A stretch of 64,000 nt of DNA from Acidobacteriota bacterium (GTDB lineage: Bacteria > Acidobacteriota > UBA6911 > RPQK01 > JACQSY01): assembly GCA_016211085.1 (NCBI GenBank), contig JACQSY010000016.1, positions 20,501 to 84,500 of the forward strand. Direction: 5' to 3'. Position 1 is the stretch's first letter. Each line of letters opens with the position of its first letter. A model generated the notes under the pieces. The model worked only from the letters and a program-made list of their open reading frames with translations. It was not told the DNA's origin and ran no database searches. Below are positions 1 through 10,648 of the stretch, one piece after another. A program made the position numbers and the translations under genes.

Positions 1-825
1 AGCAGGCTCAGCAAAAGGGAGAGCGGCAAATTCACGCCTCTCCCTTTCCGTCAAATTGCGGACGTCATCGTAAAAGCCCGGAAGGGTGACCCGTCCCTTT
101 TCATCCTTCATGGCGGCCAAAAGTTGCGCCAGGACAAAGGCGGGATTGGCAATGGTTCCCCCAAACGTTCCGGAATGCAGATCCTGCCGGGGACCCCGGA
201 CATCGATTTGAAAGTACACCAGGCCCCTCAGGCCGTAACAGATGGAGGGAATGCCGCGAGCAAACATCGCGGTGTCGGAAATCACCACGACATCTGCTTT
301 AAGCAGGTCGCGGTTTTTCTCTATGAACTCATCGAGGTGAGAACTCCCCACTTCCTCCTCACCCTCTATGAGATATTTCAGATTCACCGGGAGTGCCTGA
401 CGAGTCTCGACAAAGGCTTCGGCGCTTTTGAAATGAATAAAGATTTGGCCCTTGTCATCGGCTGCTCCGCGAGCGTACAGCTCCCCGTTTCGGATGGTTG
501 GTTCAAAGGGCCCCGTTTCCCATAAGTTCACGGGATCGACCGGCTGAACGTCATAGTGTCCGTAGATAAGGACCGTCGGCTTATTCTTGCTTTCCACCCG
601 CTCGCCGTAGACGATGGGGTGCCCGTCCGTGGGGAAAACCTCCACACGTTGCATGGAGGCCTTTCGCAACTGGTCGGCAACGAACTCGGCGGCTTTGCGG
701 ACATCCTGCTTTCGTTCGGGATCGGTACTGATGCTGGGGATACGGAGGAACTCAAAAAGTTCCTGCAGGTAGCGGTCGCTATTTTTCTCGATATAACGAA
801 CGATCTCATTCAGATCAGCAGCCAT
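1..825 (-). CDS. M20 family metallopeptidase/dipeptidase, 5' part only (gene runs off the left edge)
   Basis: Absent from the ORF track because it has no stop inside the window. Hand translation of the minus strand from ATG 825-823 gives MAADLNEIVRYIEKNSDRYLQELFEFLRIPSISTDPE...VLIYGHYDVQPVDP...ARGAADDKGQ...LIEGEEEVGSSHL, the metal-ligand blocks of M20 dipeptidases. The ATG overlaps the TAA of the upstream CBS gene (TAATG). Track ORFs 124..525, 528..809 and 556..852 are shadow frames of this gene. Confidence 0.8.
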   Translation of the reverse strand, partial: MAADLNEIVRYIEKNSDRYLQELFEFLRIPSISTDPERKQDVRKAAEFVADQLRKASMQRVEVFPTDGHPIVYGERVESKNKPTVLIYGHYDVQPVDPVNLWETGPFEPTIRNGELYARGAADDKGQIFIHFKSAEAFVETRQALPVNLKYLIEGEEEVGSSHLDEFIEKNRDLLKADVVVISDTAMFARGIPSICYGLRGLVYFQIDVRGPRQDLHSGTFGGTIANPAFVLAQLLAAMKDEKGRVTLPGFYDDVRNLTERERREFAALPFAEPA

Positions 826-1286
826 TACTCCTCCACCTCAGGGGGGATGTAGTGAATGTAGGCGTTCATAATCTTGAGCGCCTCATCTTTCTCTTCAATT
901 TCCACCTGCATCAGGTCGCGCAACGAAATCAGTCCTAATAGGCGGGGTGAGCTCGAGGTGGAGCTCTCGACGATCGGAAGATGGCGGCAGTTGGCCTGCT
1001 GCATTTTCGCCAATCCCGTTTGGCACGAATCTTCTGCGTCAGCGATGACCAATTCACTGGTCATCACATCTTCAACGCGCACCTGATGAGGATCTTTTTG
1101 GGGCACCACCACCCGGTTCATAAGGTCGCGCTCCGTGAAAATTCCGACCAGTTGCCGGCCTCGCAGGACCGGTACCGCGCCCACCTTATTTTCCTTCATC
1201 CAGCTGGCAGCGGCGTACACGGTCTGATCAGCCTGCACGTGGTAAATAGTTGTACGCCCTTCGAGAACACTTCGCAGCTTCTTCAC
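825..1286 (-). CDS. CBS domain pair protein
   Basis: 153-aa ORF with two CBS-like modules (VGAVPVLRGRQLVGIFTERDLMNRVV and HLPIVESS...LLGLISLRDLM). It overlaps pncB by 4 nt. Confidence 0.85.
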   Translation of the reverse strand: MKKLRSVLEGRTTIYHVQADQTVYAAASWMKENKVGAVPVLRGRQLVGIFTERDLMNRVVVPQKDPHQVRVEDVMTSELVIADAEDSCQTGLAKMQQANCRHLPIVESSTSSSPRLLGLISLRDLMQVEIEEKDEALKIMNAYIHYIPPEVEE

Positions 1287-2641
1287 GCGTATTGTTCTTC
1301 CAGTTCCCGTTGGATAGCCAAAAGCTTTTGACTATATTCTACAGGATATACTTCAGTTGTATGCAGTAGTTTTAAGAAGCCGGGAAGGCTCTCCAGCTGT
1401 TGGCGCGCATATTCTTTGGAAGCCACTAACGACGGGAGTTCGCGAATGATTCGGCCTCGCTGTACCCACTTCTTCAGCAATGGCTCTCCGTTCGCGTCTT
1501 CATCCCATCTCCCCACAACGTCGCGCTTGAAGAAATCTCCCTCACGTTGGCGGAAGATTTGTTTGCGACAGGGCACGGTTCCCTTTCCCTCGCTGGCTTT
1601 GAAGCGCGGCTGGATGTTGCCGCCACTGATAACTTCCACCAGCTTATAAACCAGGTCGCAGGTAGGGGCGTCACGCGAGACAACCAAATCGGTCCCCACT
1701 CCGTAAGCGTCTATGGGCGCATCAGCAATGGAGAAGGAGAGGACGCGCTCCTCATCCAGATTGCCGCTGGCCACGATTCGAGCTTCTTTGCGATGGTTCT
1801 GATCCAGTAATTCCCGGGTTTTCACCGCCAGCTCCAACAGGTCGCCGGAGTCGAGGCGCACTCCCGCCAGCTTTCCGCCTATCTGAAGGGCCTTGCGCAC
1901 TCCCTGCAGCGAGTCATAGGTATCGACGAGCAGGATGGAGTGATCGGGGAAAGCATCGTGAAAGCGGCGGAACGATTCCAGCTCATCCCCGAAAAACTGC
2001 ACGAAGGAGTGGGCCATAGTGCCATAGACGGGAATACCCATTTCGTAACCAGCCAGCACATTACTGGTTCCGTTGCAGCCTCCAATAAAAGATGCACGGG
2101 CCGCCTGGACCCCCGCCTGGGGCGTGTGGGCACGCCGGCTCCCAAAATCAATAACCTGTTTGTCATGAGCAGCCAGGCGCAGCCGTGCGGCCTTGGATGC
2201 CACCATGGTCTGAAAATTGATGGTGCTGATCAAAAAAGTCTCCAGCACCTGAGCTTCGATAATGGGTGCGCTTACCTGGAGAATCGGCTCATTCTCGAAA
2301 AGGACGGTGCCTTCGGGAACAGCGTGCACATCGCCACTAAAGCGAAAGCGATGTAGGTAATCGAAGAAGGCAGGATCCGTTCGTGAAAAGACGGGGAGCT
2401 TGCGCAGGTAAGAGATGGTATCGCTGCTGAAACCGACGTGGGTGATGTAATGCAGCGCCTGCTCCAGGCCTGCGGCCACCAGGAAGCTGCGCGTCGGAGG
2501 GAGCTTGCGCGTAAAAAGTTCAAAGGTGGCCCAGTCACCGGCATGCCCTGATTGAAAATAGACCGCTGACATCGTCAGTTCATACAGGTCGGTATTGATA
2601 CCCAGCGTTTCTATAGTTGGAAAAAGAGGATTCAATTTCAT
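1283..2641 (-). CDS. pncB: nicotinate phosphoribosyltransferase
   Basis: 452 aa. INTDLYELTMSAVYFQSGH at the N-terminus and GTMAHSFVQ are typical of NaPRTase. Confidence 0.9.
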   Translation of the reverse strand: MKLNPLFPTIETLGINTDLYELTMSAVYFQSGHAGDWATFELFTRKLPPTRSFLVAAGLEQALHYITHVGFSSDTISYLRKLPVFSRTDPAFFDYLHRFRFSGDVHAVPEGTVLFENEPILQVSAPIIEAQVLETFLISTINFQTMVASKAARLRLAAHDKQVIDFGSRRAHTPQAGVQAARASFIGGCNGTSNVLAGYEMGIPVYGTMAHSFVQFFGDELESFRRFHDAFPDHSILLVDTYDSLQGVRKALQIGGKLAGVRLDSGDLLELAVKTRELLDQNHRKEARIVASGNLDEERVLSFSIADAPIDAYGVGTDLVVSRDAPTCDLVYKLVEVISGGNIQPRFKASEGKGTVPCRKQIFRQREGDFFKRDVVGRWDEDANGEPLLKKWVQRGRIIRELPSLVASKEYARQQLESLPGFLKLLHTTEVYPVEYSQKLLAIQRELEEQYA

Positions 2642-2650
2642 TTTAAACGA

Positions 2651-3943
2651 CTAACCGTAGACGCGCTTAAAAACAAGGTCCACGTGACGCAGCTTATATT
2701 CGAGGTCAAATATTCTAGTAATGTCGTCCGAGGAAAGGTGGGCTGTAATATAGGGGTCCTGCCTGACCAGTGACTCGAAGTCGGCACCTTCGTCCCAGAC
2801 ACGAGCAGCATTCCGCTGGACCCATTCATAGGCCTCCTCCCGCAAGATTCCTTTGCGGGTCAACTCGAGCAGCAGGGATCCGGAAAAAATCAACCCTCCC
2901 ATTAAGGAGAGGTTCTTTCTCATTTGTTCGCTATCGACCACGAGGCCCTTAAGGATGCCGTTCAAGTTCACCGTCAAATAATGCGCCAGTATAGTGCTGT
3001 CGGGCAGGATAACGCGTTCGACGGAGGAATGAGAGATATCTCTTTCATGCCAGAGTGGAATGTTTTCCAGCGCCGCCATTGCGTTACTGCGCAGAAGCCG
3101 CGCCAGGCCGCTGATTTGCTCGCAATTCACTGGGTTACGCTTGTGGGGCATGGCGGAACTCCCCTTTTGCCCGCTGGCAAAAGGCTCCTGAGCTTCACGC
3201 ACTTCGGTGCGCTGCAGGTGGCGAACCTCAGTGGCAATCTTGTCGTAGGTGGAACCGAGGATGGCGAGTGTGCAAAGGTACTCTGCATGGCGGTCACGCT
3301 GGAGCGTTTGAGTCGATGCCAGAGCAAATCCAATCCCAAGTTTACGACATAGGGCCTCTTCAAATTCCGGGGACAGGTAGGAGAACGCCCCCACCGGGCC
3401 GCTGATCTTCCCGACCTCGAGGGCGCAGCGGGCGCGGCGAAAGCGCTCCAGATTACGCTGCATTTCCGTGAACCAAACCGTGAGCTTGAGGCCTAATGTG
3501 GTGGGCTCTGCGTGAACGCCGTGGGTACGCCCGATCATGGGAGTACGCTGGTAGCGACGAGCCTGCTGCTTTAGAGTTTCCAAAAAGTTCAACAGTTCGG
3601 CCTCGATCAGTTCAGAAGCCTCACGAATTTGTAACGCCTGTGCCGTATCCACAACATCGGTTGAGGTCAAACCCAGGTGGACGAACCGTGATTCCGGACC
3701 GATGCGTTCGGCTAAAGCCGTGGTGAAGGCCACGACATCATGGCGAGCGATCTTCTCAATCTCGTGGATACGCTCCACGGTAAACCCAGCCTTTTTCTTG
3801 ATTTGCTCGATAGCGGCCATGGGGATTTCGCCGCGCTCCGCAAGCACTTCGCAGACGGCGATCTCGACGGCGAGCCATTTTTGGAACTTGTTTTGCTCTG
3901 ACCAGACACTCTCCATCTCGGGGCGCGTGTAGCGCGAGATCAT
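2651..3943 (-). CDS. purB: adenylosuccinate lyase
   Basis: 430 aa. Starts MISRYTRPEM and carries the fumarate-lyase signature GSSAMPHKRNP. Confidence 0.95.
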   Translation of the reverse strand: MISRYTRPEMESVWSEQNKFQKWLAVEIAVCEVLAERGEIPMAAIEQIKKKAGFTVERIHEIEKIARHDVVAFTTALAERIGPESRFVHLGLTSTDVVDTAQALQIREASELIEAELLNFLETLKQQARRYQRTPMIGRTHGVHAEPTTLGLKLTVWFTEMQRNLERFRRARCALEVGKISGPVGAFSYLSPEFEEALCRKLGIGFALASTQTLQRDRHAEYLCTLAILGSTYDKIATEVRHLQRTEVREAQEPFASGQKGSSAMPHKRNPVNCEQISGLARLLRSNAMAALENIPLWHERDISHSSVERVILPDSTILAHYLTVNLNGILKGLVVDSEQMRKNLSLMGGLIFSGSLLLELTRKGILREEAYEWVQRNAARVWDEGADFESLVRQDPYITAHLSSDDITRIFDLEYKLRHVDLVFKRVYG

Positions 3944-4749
3944 AATTCCAAAACTATGGAAGGTTTGTCCTGGTCAGTCAAGTGGACGCAAGTGTTGGAG
4001 GGGGAAGGCCTGCTCTGCAGGGCACGGGTGGCAAACTCAACAGCGATTTCCGGATGATTGTTGGTTCGGCTCAGATGTGCGAGAAACAAATGGTCGGCGC
4101 GGCCATCGAAAGCTCCCGCGAGGAATTTTGATAGAGAACAATTGGAAAGATGTCCATTGTTGCTCAGCAGGCGCTGTTTTAGAAACCACGGGTATGAGCC
4201 TGCTTTCAAAAGTTCCAGGTCGTGATTGGACTCAATGACCAGCCAGTCGCAACCTTGAAGCCGGCGCTCGGAAACCAGGTCGATCTCCCCAAGGTCGGTC
4301 GCCACCGCTCCGGTGATGCCCTGTGTCGTCAAGCGAAATCCGACAGGGTCCAATGAATCGTGTGAGACAGGGAACGGCTGGACCTCGATGTCTCCGATGG
4401 TAAAAGGTCGGCTTGAAAACAGCTCGCCGCGGGGCAGCTCTTGAAGCTCAGCGACTTCCTCGCGTGTTCCCTCATTAAGAAAAATGACCGGGTTTTGATC
4501 TTTCACGATGGAGTGAATGCCGCTGACGTGGTCGCTATGCCCGTGGGTAATGAGTGCGGCGTCCACCTGAGGCAGTTGTATTCCTGAAGCCTTGAGGCGG
4601 CGTTTCAGAGTTCGCCATCCAAAGCCAACATCGATCAAAAGACAGGTTCTTCCCGTGTTGAGGACTATGCAATTGCCGCCACTCCCGCTGCCCAGCACGC
4701 AAAGCTGAAACACCTGTTCTCCTCGATCTCGGAACCCGCCGGGATTCAC
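3940..4749 (-). CDS. MBL-fold metallo-hydrolase
   Basis: 269 aa with the HxHxDH motif (ITHGHSDHVSG) and the beta-lactamase-fold start CVLGSGSGGNC. Overlaps the purB start by 4 nt. Confidence 0.8.
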   Translation of the reverse strand: MNPGGFRDRGEQVFQLCVLGSGSGGNCIVLNTGRTCLLIDVGFGWRTLKRRLKASGIQLPQVDAALITHGHSDHVSGIHSIVKDQNPVIFLNEGTREEVAELQELPRGELFSSRPFTIGDIEVQPFPVSHDSLDPVGFRLTTQGITGAVATDLGEIDLVSERRLQGCDWLVIESNHDLELLKAGSYPWFLKQRLLSNNGHLSNCSLSKFLAGAFDGRADHLFLAHLSRTNNHPEIAVEFATRALQSRPSPSNTCVHLTDQDKPSIVLEL

Positions 4750-4825
4750 ACAATACCGCGCGGCGCTCCCCGGGTTAATGCGAACTATTCACAGGACACA
4801 GTATTGTAGAATCTAGCAAGAGGGT

Positions 4826-5860
4826 ATGAAGAAGAATTTGCTCGGGTATGACAAGTGCGAACTGGTGGAGCTGGCGCTCGGGATGGGCGAAAAGTCATTT
4901 AGAGGAACTCAGCTTTATCGGCAGATTTATCGGAAGAAGGCGCTGGACGTGGAGCAGATGACGGACCTCTCGGGTGAATTCCGCCGCCGGCTTTCTTTCC
5001 AGTGCGCCGTGAAATACCCTGCTTTGGTGCGGCTTACAAAAGCTCGGGATGCGACGGTGAAGCTGCTTTTTGAATTGTCCGACAATCGTTTTGTTGAAAC
5101 CGTTTACATCCCCGAAGACGGACGCGATACGCTCTGTATCTCCTCCCAGGTGGGCTGTGATGTGGGATGCACTTTCTGCATGACGGCACAGATGGGATTC
5201 CAGCGCAACTTGAAAGCGGGTGAAATTGTCGGTCAGGTACTCAGCGCTATTCAGCGGGGGATGGTCCGGGAACGCGGCTTTAATATTGTTTTCATGGGCA
5301 TGGGTGAGCCGCTCTTGAATTACCAGAACGTGATGAAGGCCTTTCGAATCTTTATCGATCAGGAGGGAATGGGCTTATCCCACCGGAAGATCACTGTTTC
5401 CACATCGGGCGTCGTGCCGGTCCTTAAGAAAATGAAAGAGGAGGAAGTGCTGCCGAACCTGGCTATTTCTCTGAACGCAACCACCAATGAGTTACGGGAC
5501 CAGATCATGCCGATTAACCGAAAATGGAACATTGAGGAACTATTGGACACTTGCCGGGAGTTTCCGCTGGACTCGCGCCGTCGCATAACTTTTGAATATG
5601 TGTTGCTCGCCGGCCTGAACGATTCAGACGAGGACGCCCGACGATTGACACGTCTTCTGAGAGGGATCCATTCCAAGCTGAATCTGATTCCTTACAATGT
5701 CAACCCCGGGCTGCCATTCCGGAGGCCTTCGGAAGCTCGGGTCGAAAGGTTCCAGTCGATTTTGCTGGAAAATCGTGTGTCGGCGTTTGTCAGAAAAACC
5801 CGCGGCGATGATGTAGCAGCCGCGTGTGGCCAGTTGGCTTATCGGGAAGTGCATGCCTAA
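4826..5860 (+). CDS. rlmN: 23S rRNA/tRNA adenine-C2 methyltransferase RlmN (radical SAM)
   Basis: 344 aa. Radical-SAM cluster motif GCDVGCTFCMT, and the C-terminal catalytic Cys region DDVAAACGQL is RlmN/Cfr-like. Confidence 0.93.
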   Translation: MKKNLLGYDKCELVELALGMGEKSFRGTQLYRQIYRKKALDVEQMTDLSGEFRRRLSFQCAVKYPALVRLTKARDATVKLLFELSDNRFVETVYIPEDGRDTLCISSQVGCDVGCTFCMTAQMGFQRNLKAGEIVGQVLSAIQRGMVRERGFNIVFMGMGEPLLNYQNVMKAFRIFIDQEGMGLSHRKITVSTSGVVPVLKKMKEEEVLPNLAISLNATTNELRDQIMPINRKWNIEELLDTCREFPLDSRRRITFEYVLLAGLNDSDEDARRLTRLLRGIHSKLNLIPYNVNPGLPFRRPSEARVERFQSILLENRVSAFVRKTRGDDVAAACGQLAYREVHA

Positions 5861-7262
5861 GAAATTTTTTATTGCCACTTTCGGCTGCCGCACCAATCAG
5901 GCGGACAGCTCCATGGTCCGAAGCGCCTTTGTGCAAGAAGATTATCATGAGACGCTGGTACCCTCTGATGCCGACGTGATCGTTATCAATTCCTGTACGG
6001 TCACCCATCGGTCCGACCAGCAGGTGCGTCAGCTGGCGCGTCATCTCAAGCGAGAAAGGCCTGAGGCGAAGATCATTGTCACCGGCTGCTATGCCCAGCG
6101 CGACCCTCAGACTCTTGCAGGCGTCGCTGCGGTCGATGCCGTCGTCGACAATGCCCGCAAGCATGAGCTGGTCCAAATCGCGGGGTCTCTGGTCAAGCGG
6201 CCGCAACAAGCTGTGCCGAGCGCCAAAGAGCTGGCTGCCATCTACACGGACAGTTTTAGGAAGGTGCGCGCCATGCCGGCTTTTCCTTCGTTGCAGCCGG
6301 CAGATCGGACCCGCCCCTTTGTGAAAATTCAGGACGGATGCGATGCCAAATGTTCCTACTGCATTATCCCTTCATCGCGCGGACCGGGCCGAAGCCTTCC
6401 TCCGGAAATGGTGCTGCGCCAGATTCGGGAGCTGGTCGGGAACGGCTATAAAGAAATTGTGCTCACGGGAATTCATATGGGGACCTACGGCATGCATTTA
6501 CAACCCCATTACTCGCTGGAATGCCTGATTGAGGAAATTCTGGAAATACCCGGACTACGCCGTGTGCGTCTTAGCTCGATAGAGCCGATGGAGCTTTCGC
6601 GAAAGATCATCAAGATTGCAGCGAGCAGTGATCTGCTGGCTCCGCACTTTCATATTTGTCTGCAGAGCGGCAGCAACCGGATTCTTAGAAGGATGCTGCG
6701 CCCCTACAGCGTGAAGCGTTTTGCGGAAATTGTTGAGGAGATTCGTTCTTGTATTCCGGATGCCGGAATCGGGACCGATGTAATTGCAGGATACCCTGGA
6801 GAAACAGAAGAGGATCATGGGGCGACGCTCGAATTCGCAGAGCGCATGCCGTTTACGTATCTGCACGTTTTCCCCTACAGTGATCGACCAGGCACGCCTG
6901 CTTGTCTGGATCCGCACAAGGTGCCTGCAGGTATATTGAGGCGCCGCAGCCGTGAACTGCGGGCTCTGTCCTCTCGCAAGAACCTGGAATTTCGCCGTCA
7001 GTTTCTTAGTAGAAAGCTTTCCGTTCTTACACTGAGCGAAGAGGTGGAGGGGAAAAGGGAATGCATCTCCGGCAATTACCTGAAGGTGCTGGTGGACCGA
7101 GAAATTCCTGCTAACGAGCTGTTGCTGGTTCAAGCGACGGGAAGCAGAGGGGAGTATCTGATTGGTGAAATGGAAGCTTCAACTCTCCAGGATCACGACG
7201 GCCACCGCGTAACTCTGGGTGTGGGTCAAAGAGAGCAGCACACTGGTCGCACCGCAATTTGA
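5853..7262 (+). CDS. mtaB: MiaB-like tRNA methylthiotransferase (MtaB type)
   Basis: The N-terminal UPF0004 domain begins MPKKFFIATFGCRTNQADS. Radical-SAM motif CDAKCSYCIIP and a C-terminal TRAM-like region are present. Start chosen at Met-10 of the track ORF (5826). The 3' end overlaps convergent acpS by 84 nt. Confidence 0.85.
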   Translation: MPKKFFIATFGCRTNQADSSMVRSAFVQEDYHETLVPSDADVIVINSCTVTHRSDQQVRQLARHLKRERPEAKIIVTGCYAQRDPQTLAGVAAVDAVVDNARKHELVQIAGSLVKRPQQAVPSAKELAAIYTDSFRKVRAMPAFPSLQPADRTRPFVKIQDGCDAKCSYCIIPSSRGPGRSLPPEMVLRQIRELVGNGYKEIVLTGIHMGTYGMHLQPHYSLECLIEEILEIPGLRRVRLSSIEPMELSRKIIKIAASSDLLAPHFHICLQSGSNRILRRMLRPYSVKRFAEIVEEIRSCIPDAGIGTDVIAGYPGETEEDHGATLEFAERMPFTYLHVFPYSDRPGTPACLDPHKVPAGILRRRSRELRALSSRKNLEFRRQFLSRKLSVLTLSEEVEGKRECISGNYLKVLVDREIPANELLLVQATGSRGEYLIGEMEASTLQDHDGHRVTLGVGQREQHTGRTAI

Positions 7263-7553
7263 AAAAAACTCTTTAGCTTTGCCATAGAATGCGAGTTCCG
7301 GTTTCCCCGAGTTCCCCACTGAAATTTCAACGTCACGCCACCGAATTCCCGCTTGCCATCCGGTCCCCAGGGCTTTGAGTGCGGCCTCCTTGGCGGCGAA
7401 CCGGGCGGCAAAATGCTGGTACTTGTTCTTACGGTCGAGGCAGTATTGAATCTCGGCCTCGGTAAAAACGCGCCGGATCATGGGCTCGCTGTTTTCGAGC
7501 GCCGAGCCGATGCGCGCCACTTCGACAATGTCGATTCCCAATCCAACAATCAT
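7179..7553 (-). CDS. acpS: holo-[acyl-carrier-protein] synthase
   Basis: MIVGLGIDIVEVARI...AAKEAALKALG...LSLTHTQSYAVAVVILE is the AcpS 4'-phosphopantetheinyl transferase pattern. Start moved to the internal Met (track ORF starts at 7610). Confidence 0.85.
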   Translation of the reverse strand: MIVGLGIDIVEVARIGSALENSEPMIRRVFTEAEIQYCLDRKNKYQHFAARFAAKEAALKALGTGWQAGIRWRDVEISVGNSGKPELAFYGKAKEFFSNCGATSVLLSLTHTQSYAVAVVILES

Positions 7554-7667
7554 GAGCAGGGCGAATTGTAACAGAGCATACCGTCTGGCGTCGGCAACAA
7601 TTAGGGTCAACCATGCGCTTCAAGCGGCTGCGGCGGCACAATATTCCGCTATGCTATCCTGATTCGG

Positions 7668-8399
7668 ATGCTTTGCGAAGTATACCGTCAAGGAGTTTCT
7701 TACCTGGTCTTTGAGGAATTGGAGAGCATTCCAGGATTTCTTCATGCATTCACCACGCGCCGCACCGACGACGGAGATTTTGCACAGGCCGGCTCCGAGA
7801 AGGAACGCTTTCTCAAAGCCCTGGGAGTCCCCCGAAGGCAACTGATTCCGTTACAGCAAAGCCACTCGGATCGCGTGATTATCGCTGAGGAAAGCGCCTG
7901 TGGCGGGGAATCACCCTGTGTTGCCGATGGCGTCATTATTACGGCTCCCGAAAAATATGCGGTTATTCAGACGGCAGATTGCCTCCCCGTGATCGCTGTA
8001 GAGCCACGTGCGCGAGCCCTATGCGCGATTCATGCCGGCTGGCGGGGAACGCGGGCCAGAATAGTGGAAAAAGGCATTCAGAGTTTCCTGAAGCTGCTGG
8101 GCACTTCGGTGCAGGACCTGAGAATTGCTTTCGGCCCCTGCATCCGCTCCTGCTGCTACCGGGTAGGGGATGAAGTGCGCAATGATTTCCAAAGGGAGGG
8201 ACATCCGGTGGAGCAAATCTTTCAAGGAAACCGACTTGATCTCTCGAAAGCGAATCGATTGCAGCTGAGCAAGGTGGGTGTGAATGACGTGTTGGATTGC
8301 GGCCTTTGCACGGCGTGCGATTCTGGACGTTTTTATTCTTACCGGCGTGAAGGCCATACGGGACGCATGTGGGCCTTGGCGGGGTTCGGTCGGAGGTGA
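7668..8399 (+). CDS. pgeF: YfiH/PgeF family (DUF152) purine nucleoside phosphorylase / peptidoglycan editing factor
   Basis: 243 aa with the conserved blocks QSHSDRV, TADCLPV, HAGWRG and CCY. Confidence 0.85.
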   Translation: MLCEVYRQGVSYLVFEELESIPGFLHAFTTRRTDDGDFAQAGSEKERFLKALGVPRRQLIPLQQSHSDRVIIAEESACGGESPCVADGVIITAPEKYAVIQTADCLPVIAVEPRARALCAIHAGWRGTRARIVEKGIQSFLKLLGTSVQDLRIAFGPCIRSCCYRVGDEVRNDFQREGHPVEQIFQGNRLDLSKANRLQLSKVGVNDVLDCGLCTACDSGRFYSYRREGHTGRMWALAGFGRR

Positions 8400-8452
8400 G
8401 CCACACACTGTATCACCACCACGGATGATACGCAGCGGCTCTACGGCGGGGA

Positions 8453-8935
8453 TTAAAGGGCGGTCTTGTCCACTTCTTGCCGCAGGCGTTCTTTATAGGC
8501 GCGCAGTTTGTCTGCGAGTGCTGCATCGGACCGGCCTAAGATTCGTGTGGCAAGAAGAGCGGCATTTTTAGCGCCCGCCTTTCCAATGGCGACAGTCGCA
8601 ACCGGAACTCCGGCAGGCATCTGAACTGTGGCCAGGAGCGCATCCAGTCCTTTAAGCGGCGAGGATTCCAGAGGCACTCCAATAATGGGCAATATCGTTT
8701 GCGATGCAAGCACTCCAGCCAGGTGGGCCGCGCCTCCGGCGCCTGCAATGATGACCTGGATGCCGCGCGACTCGGCAGTTCGTGCGTACTCGGAAACACT
8801 TTCGGGAGACCGATGGGCCGAAAGAACGCGCATCTCGTGAACTATGCCAAACTGATTCAGCATCTCAGCAGCTTCGCGCATCACCTCGACATCGCTTTTG
8901 CTGCCCATCAAAATCCCTACTTGCACTCTGCTCAT
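8453..8935 (-). CDS. purE: 5-(carboxyamino)imidazole ribonucleotide mutase
   Basis: 160 aa. [14 protein letters not shown] and [14 protein letters not shown] are PurE signatures. Confidence 0.93.
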   Translation of the reverse strand: MSRVQVGILMGSKSDVEVMREAAEMLNQFGIVHEMRVLSAHRSPESVSEYARTAESRGIQVIIAGAGGAAHLAGVLASQTILPIIGVPLESSPLKGLDALLATVQMPAGVPVATVAIGKAGAKNAALLATRILGRSDAALADKLRAYKERLRQEVDKTAL

Positions 8936-10230
8936 AGTCTTTGTTCCCCCCGCTCTTTTGGCAGGCCCTTTAACCCAATATCCTTGCGATAATACATACC
9001 CTCGAAGTGAATGCGGTTGACCGCATCGTACGCCTTCATAATAGCTGCTTCCAGGGAACCACTATGAGCGCAAACGCCGAGGACCCTGCCTCCGCTGGTA
9101 AGGATTTTGGAATCGCTAAGCGTCGTCCCGGCGTGAAAGAGAACAGTATCAGTCAATTCCGCGGCCATTTCCAAGCCTGAGATCTCCTTTCCCGACTCGT
9201 AACTGCCGGGATAGCCCTCAGCCGCCAGAACCACGCAAACGCCGGCCCCCGGCTTCCACTCAACTGTACTGCTTTGAATATTGCCCAGAGCCATCGCCTG
9301 AAGAATCGGAAGCAGATCAGATTGCAAGCGGGTAAGCACTACCTGAGTTTCAGGATCTCCAAACCGGGCGTTAAATTCGAGGACGCGAGGACCGTGCGCG
9401 GTCATCATGAGGCCGGCGTAAAGAATCCCCTGGTAGGTCCTACCCTCGAGAGACATCCCCTGGAGGGCGGGGACGATCACCTCTTTCATGATCCGCTCCT
9501 GCAGTGATGGGGGCACTAAAGCGTCGATAGAGTATGCTCCCATCCCGCCGGTGTTGGGTCCTTTGTCGTTGTCGTAGATCGCTTTGTGGTCCTGGGACGG
9601 AACCATGGGAATGGCGTGTTCCCCATCCGTAAATACCATGAAGGAGATTTCTTCCCCTTTTAGATACTCTTCTATGACCAGACGCCTTCCGGACTCCCCG
9701 AAGCGGCGTTGGCGCATGACTTCGTTGAGCGCGGAAAGGGCGTTTTTCAAATCATTGCAAATGTAAACTCCTTTACCTGCGGCCAGCCCGTCTGCTTTCA
9801 AGACCACAGGGAACTCGAACGTTCCGGACGCAAGCGCCTTCTCGGCAAGGTCCGGGTCCTCAAAAACTTCGTAGGCGGCTGTGGGAATGCCGTGTCTGCG
9901 CATGAAATCTTTTGCAAATGCTTTGCTTCCTTCCAACGCAGCGGCTTTTTGGTTGGGTCCCACCAGGAGTAGGCCGCGGCTGCGAAAATAGTCGCCAATG
10001 CCCGCCACCAAAGGGGCCTCGGGTCCTGCTACTGTGAGTTCAACCTTGTGAGAAACTGCGAATTCCAGAAGAGCCGGAATGTCGGCGGAAGAGATAGGAA
10101 CGTTTTCAGCGAGGCAGGCGGTCCCGCCGTTGCCGGGAGCGCAATAAAGCTTTTTTAGTAAGGGGCTCCGGTGCAGCTTCCACGCAATAGCGTGTTCTCG
10201 GCCTCCGGAACCGATGACGAGGACATTCAC
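8932..10230 (-). CDS. purD: phosphoribosylamine-glycine ligase
   Basis: 432 aa. Starts [19 protein letters not shown], with an ATP-grasp core. Coupled to purE by a 4-nt overlap. Confidence 0.95.
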   Translation of the reverse strand: MNVLVIGSGGREHAIAWKLHRSPLLKKLYCAPGNGGTACLAENVPISSADIPALLEFAVSHKVELTVAGPEAPLVAGIGDYFRSRGLLLVGPNQKAAALEGSKAFAKDFMRRHGIPTAAYEVFEDPDLAEKALASGTFEFPVVLKADGLAAGKGVYICNDLKNALSALNEVMRQRRFGESGRRLVIEEYLKGEEISFMVFTDGEHAIPMVPSQDHKAIYDNDKGPNTGGMGAYSIDALVPPSLQERIMKEVIVPALQGMSLEGRTYQGILYAGLMMTAHGPRVLEFNARFGDPETQVVLTRLQSDLLPILQAMALGNIQSSTVEWKPGAGVCVVLAAEGYPGSYESGKEISGLEMAAELTDTVLFHAGTTLSDSKILTSGGRVLGVCAHSGSLEAAIMKAYDAVNRIHFEGMYYRKDIGLKGLPKERGEQRL

Positions 10231-10250
10231 TGGAGTCTTTTTAGTGAGTG

Positions 10251-10541
10251 TTAATTGGAGCCTGAGCTGTCGGTCTTGCCGGCCGCGGGAGCGGACTTTG
10301 ATTCGGCCTTTGCTGCAGACGGGCTGCTGCTATCCCCGGAAGTCGGGGAAGCTTTTCCGTTTTTCCCCGCATAGTCGGTGATGTACCATCCCGAGCCTTT
10401 AAATTGGATGGCGGGCGCCGACAGCAAACGGACCAACTGCCCGCCGCAGGACTGGCAGATCTCCAGAGGTGAATCCGAAAATTTTTGGATTACTTCTATG
10501 ACCTGTTCACAATCAACGCAGCGATACTCGTAAAGGGGCAT
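10251..10541 (-). CDS. FmdB-family zinc-ribbon protein
   Basis: MPLYEYRCVDCEQ...CQSCGG is a CxxC...CxxC ribbon, followed by a low-complexity Ser/Ala tail. Confidence 0.8.
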   Translation of the reverse strand: MPLYEYRCVDCEQVIEVIQKFSDSPLEICQSCGGQLVRLLSAPAIQFKGSGWYITDYAGKNGKASPTSGDSSSPSAAKAESKSAPAAGKTDSSGSN

Positions 10542-10648
10542 CTAAACTACCTATTTAAGCACGTTATTCTGAATCCTCACTATAAGATTCACCTCCTGGG
10601 TTGTCAAGCCGGCGAGACTGCATGCTATTATCCACGCGAGGAGAAATC

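Noticed and set aside
124-852. ORFs 124..525(+), 528..809(-) and 556..852(+) at the left edge.
   Set aside because: They are shadow or off-frame ORFs of the real minus-strand M20 peptidase gene (1..825), whose frame is missing from the track because it has no stop in the window.
7179-7262. Long convergent overlaps: mtaB/acpS (84 nt), sdhB/FAD oxidoreductase (80 nt, 18328-18407) and MFS/68-aa ORF (79 nt, 46839-46917).
   Set aside because: They most likely reflect late stop codons in GC-rich sequence, with non-conserved C-terminal tails, rather than functional overlap. No independent signal supports a functional role.
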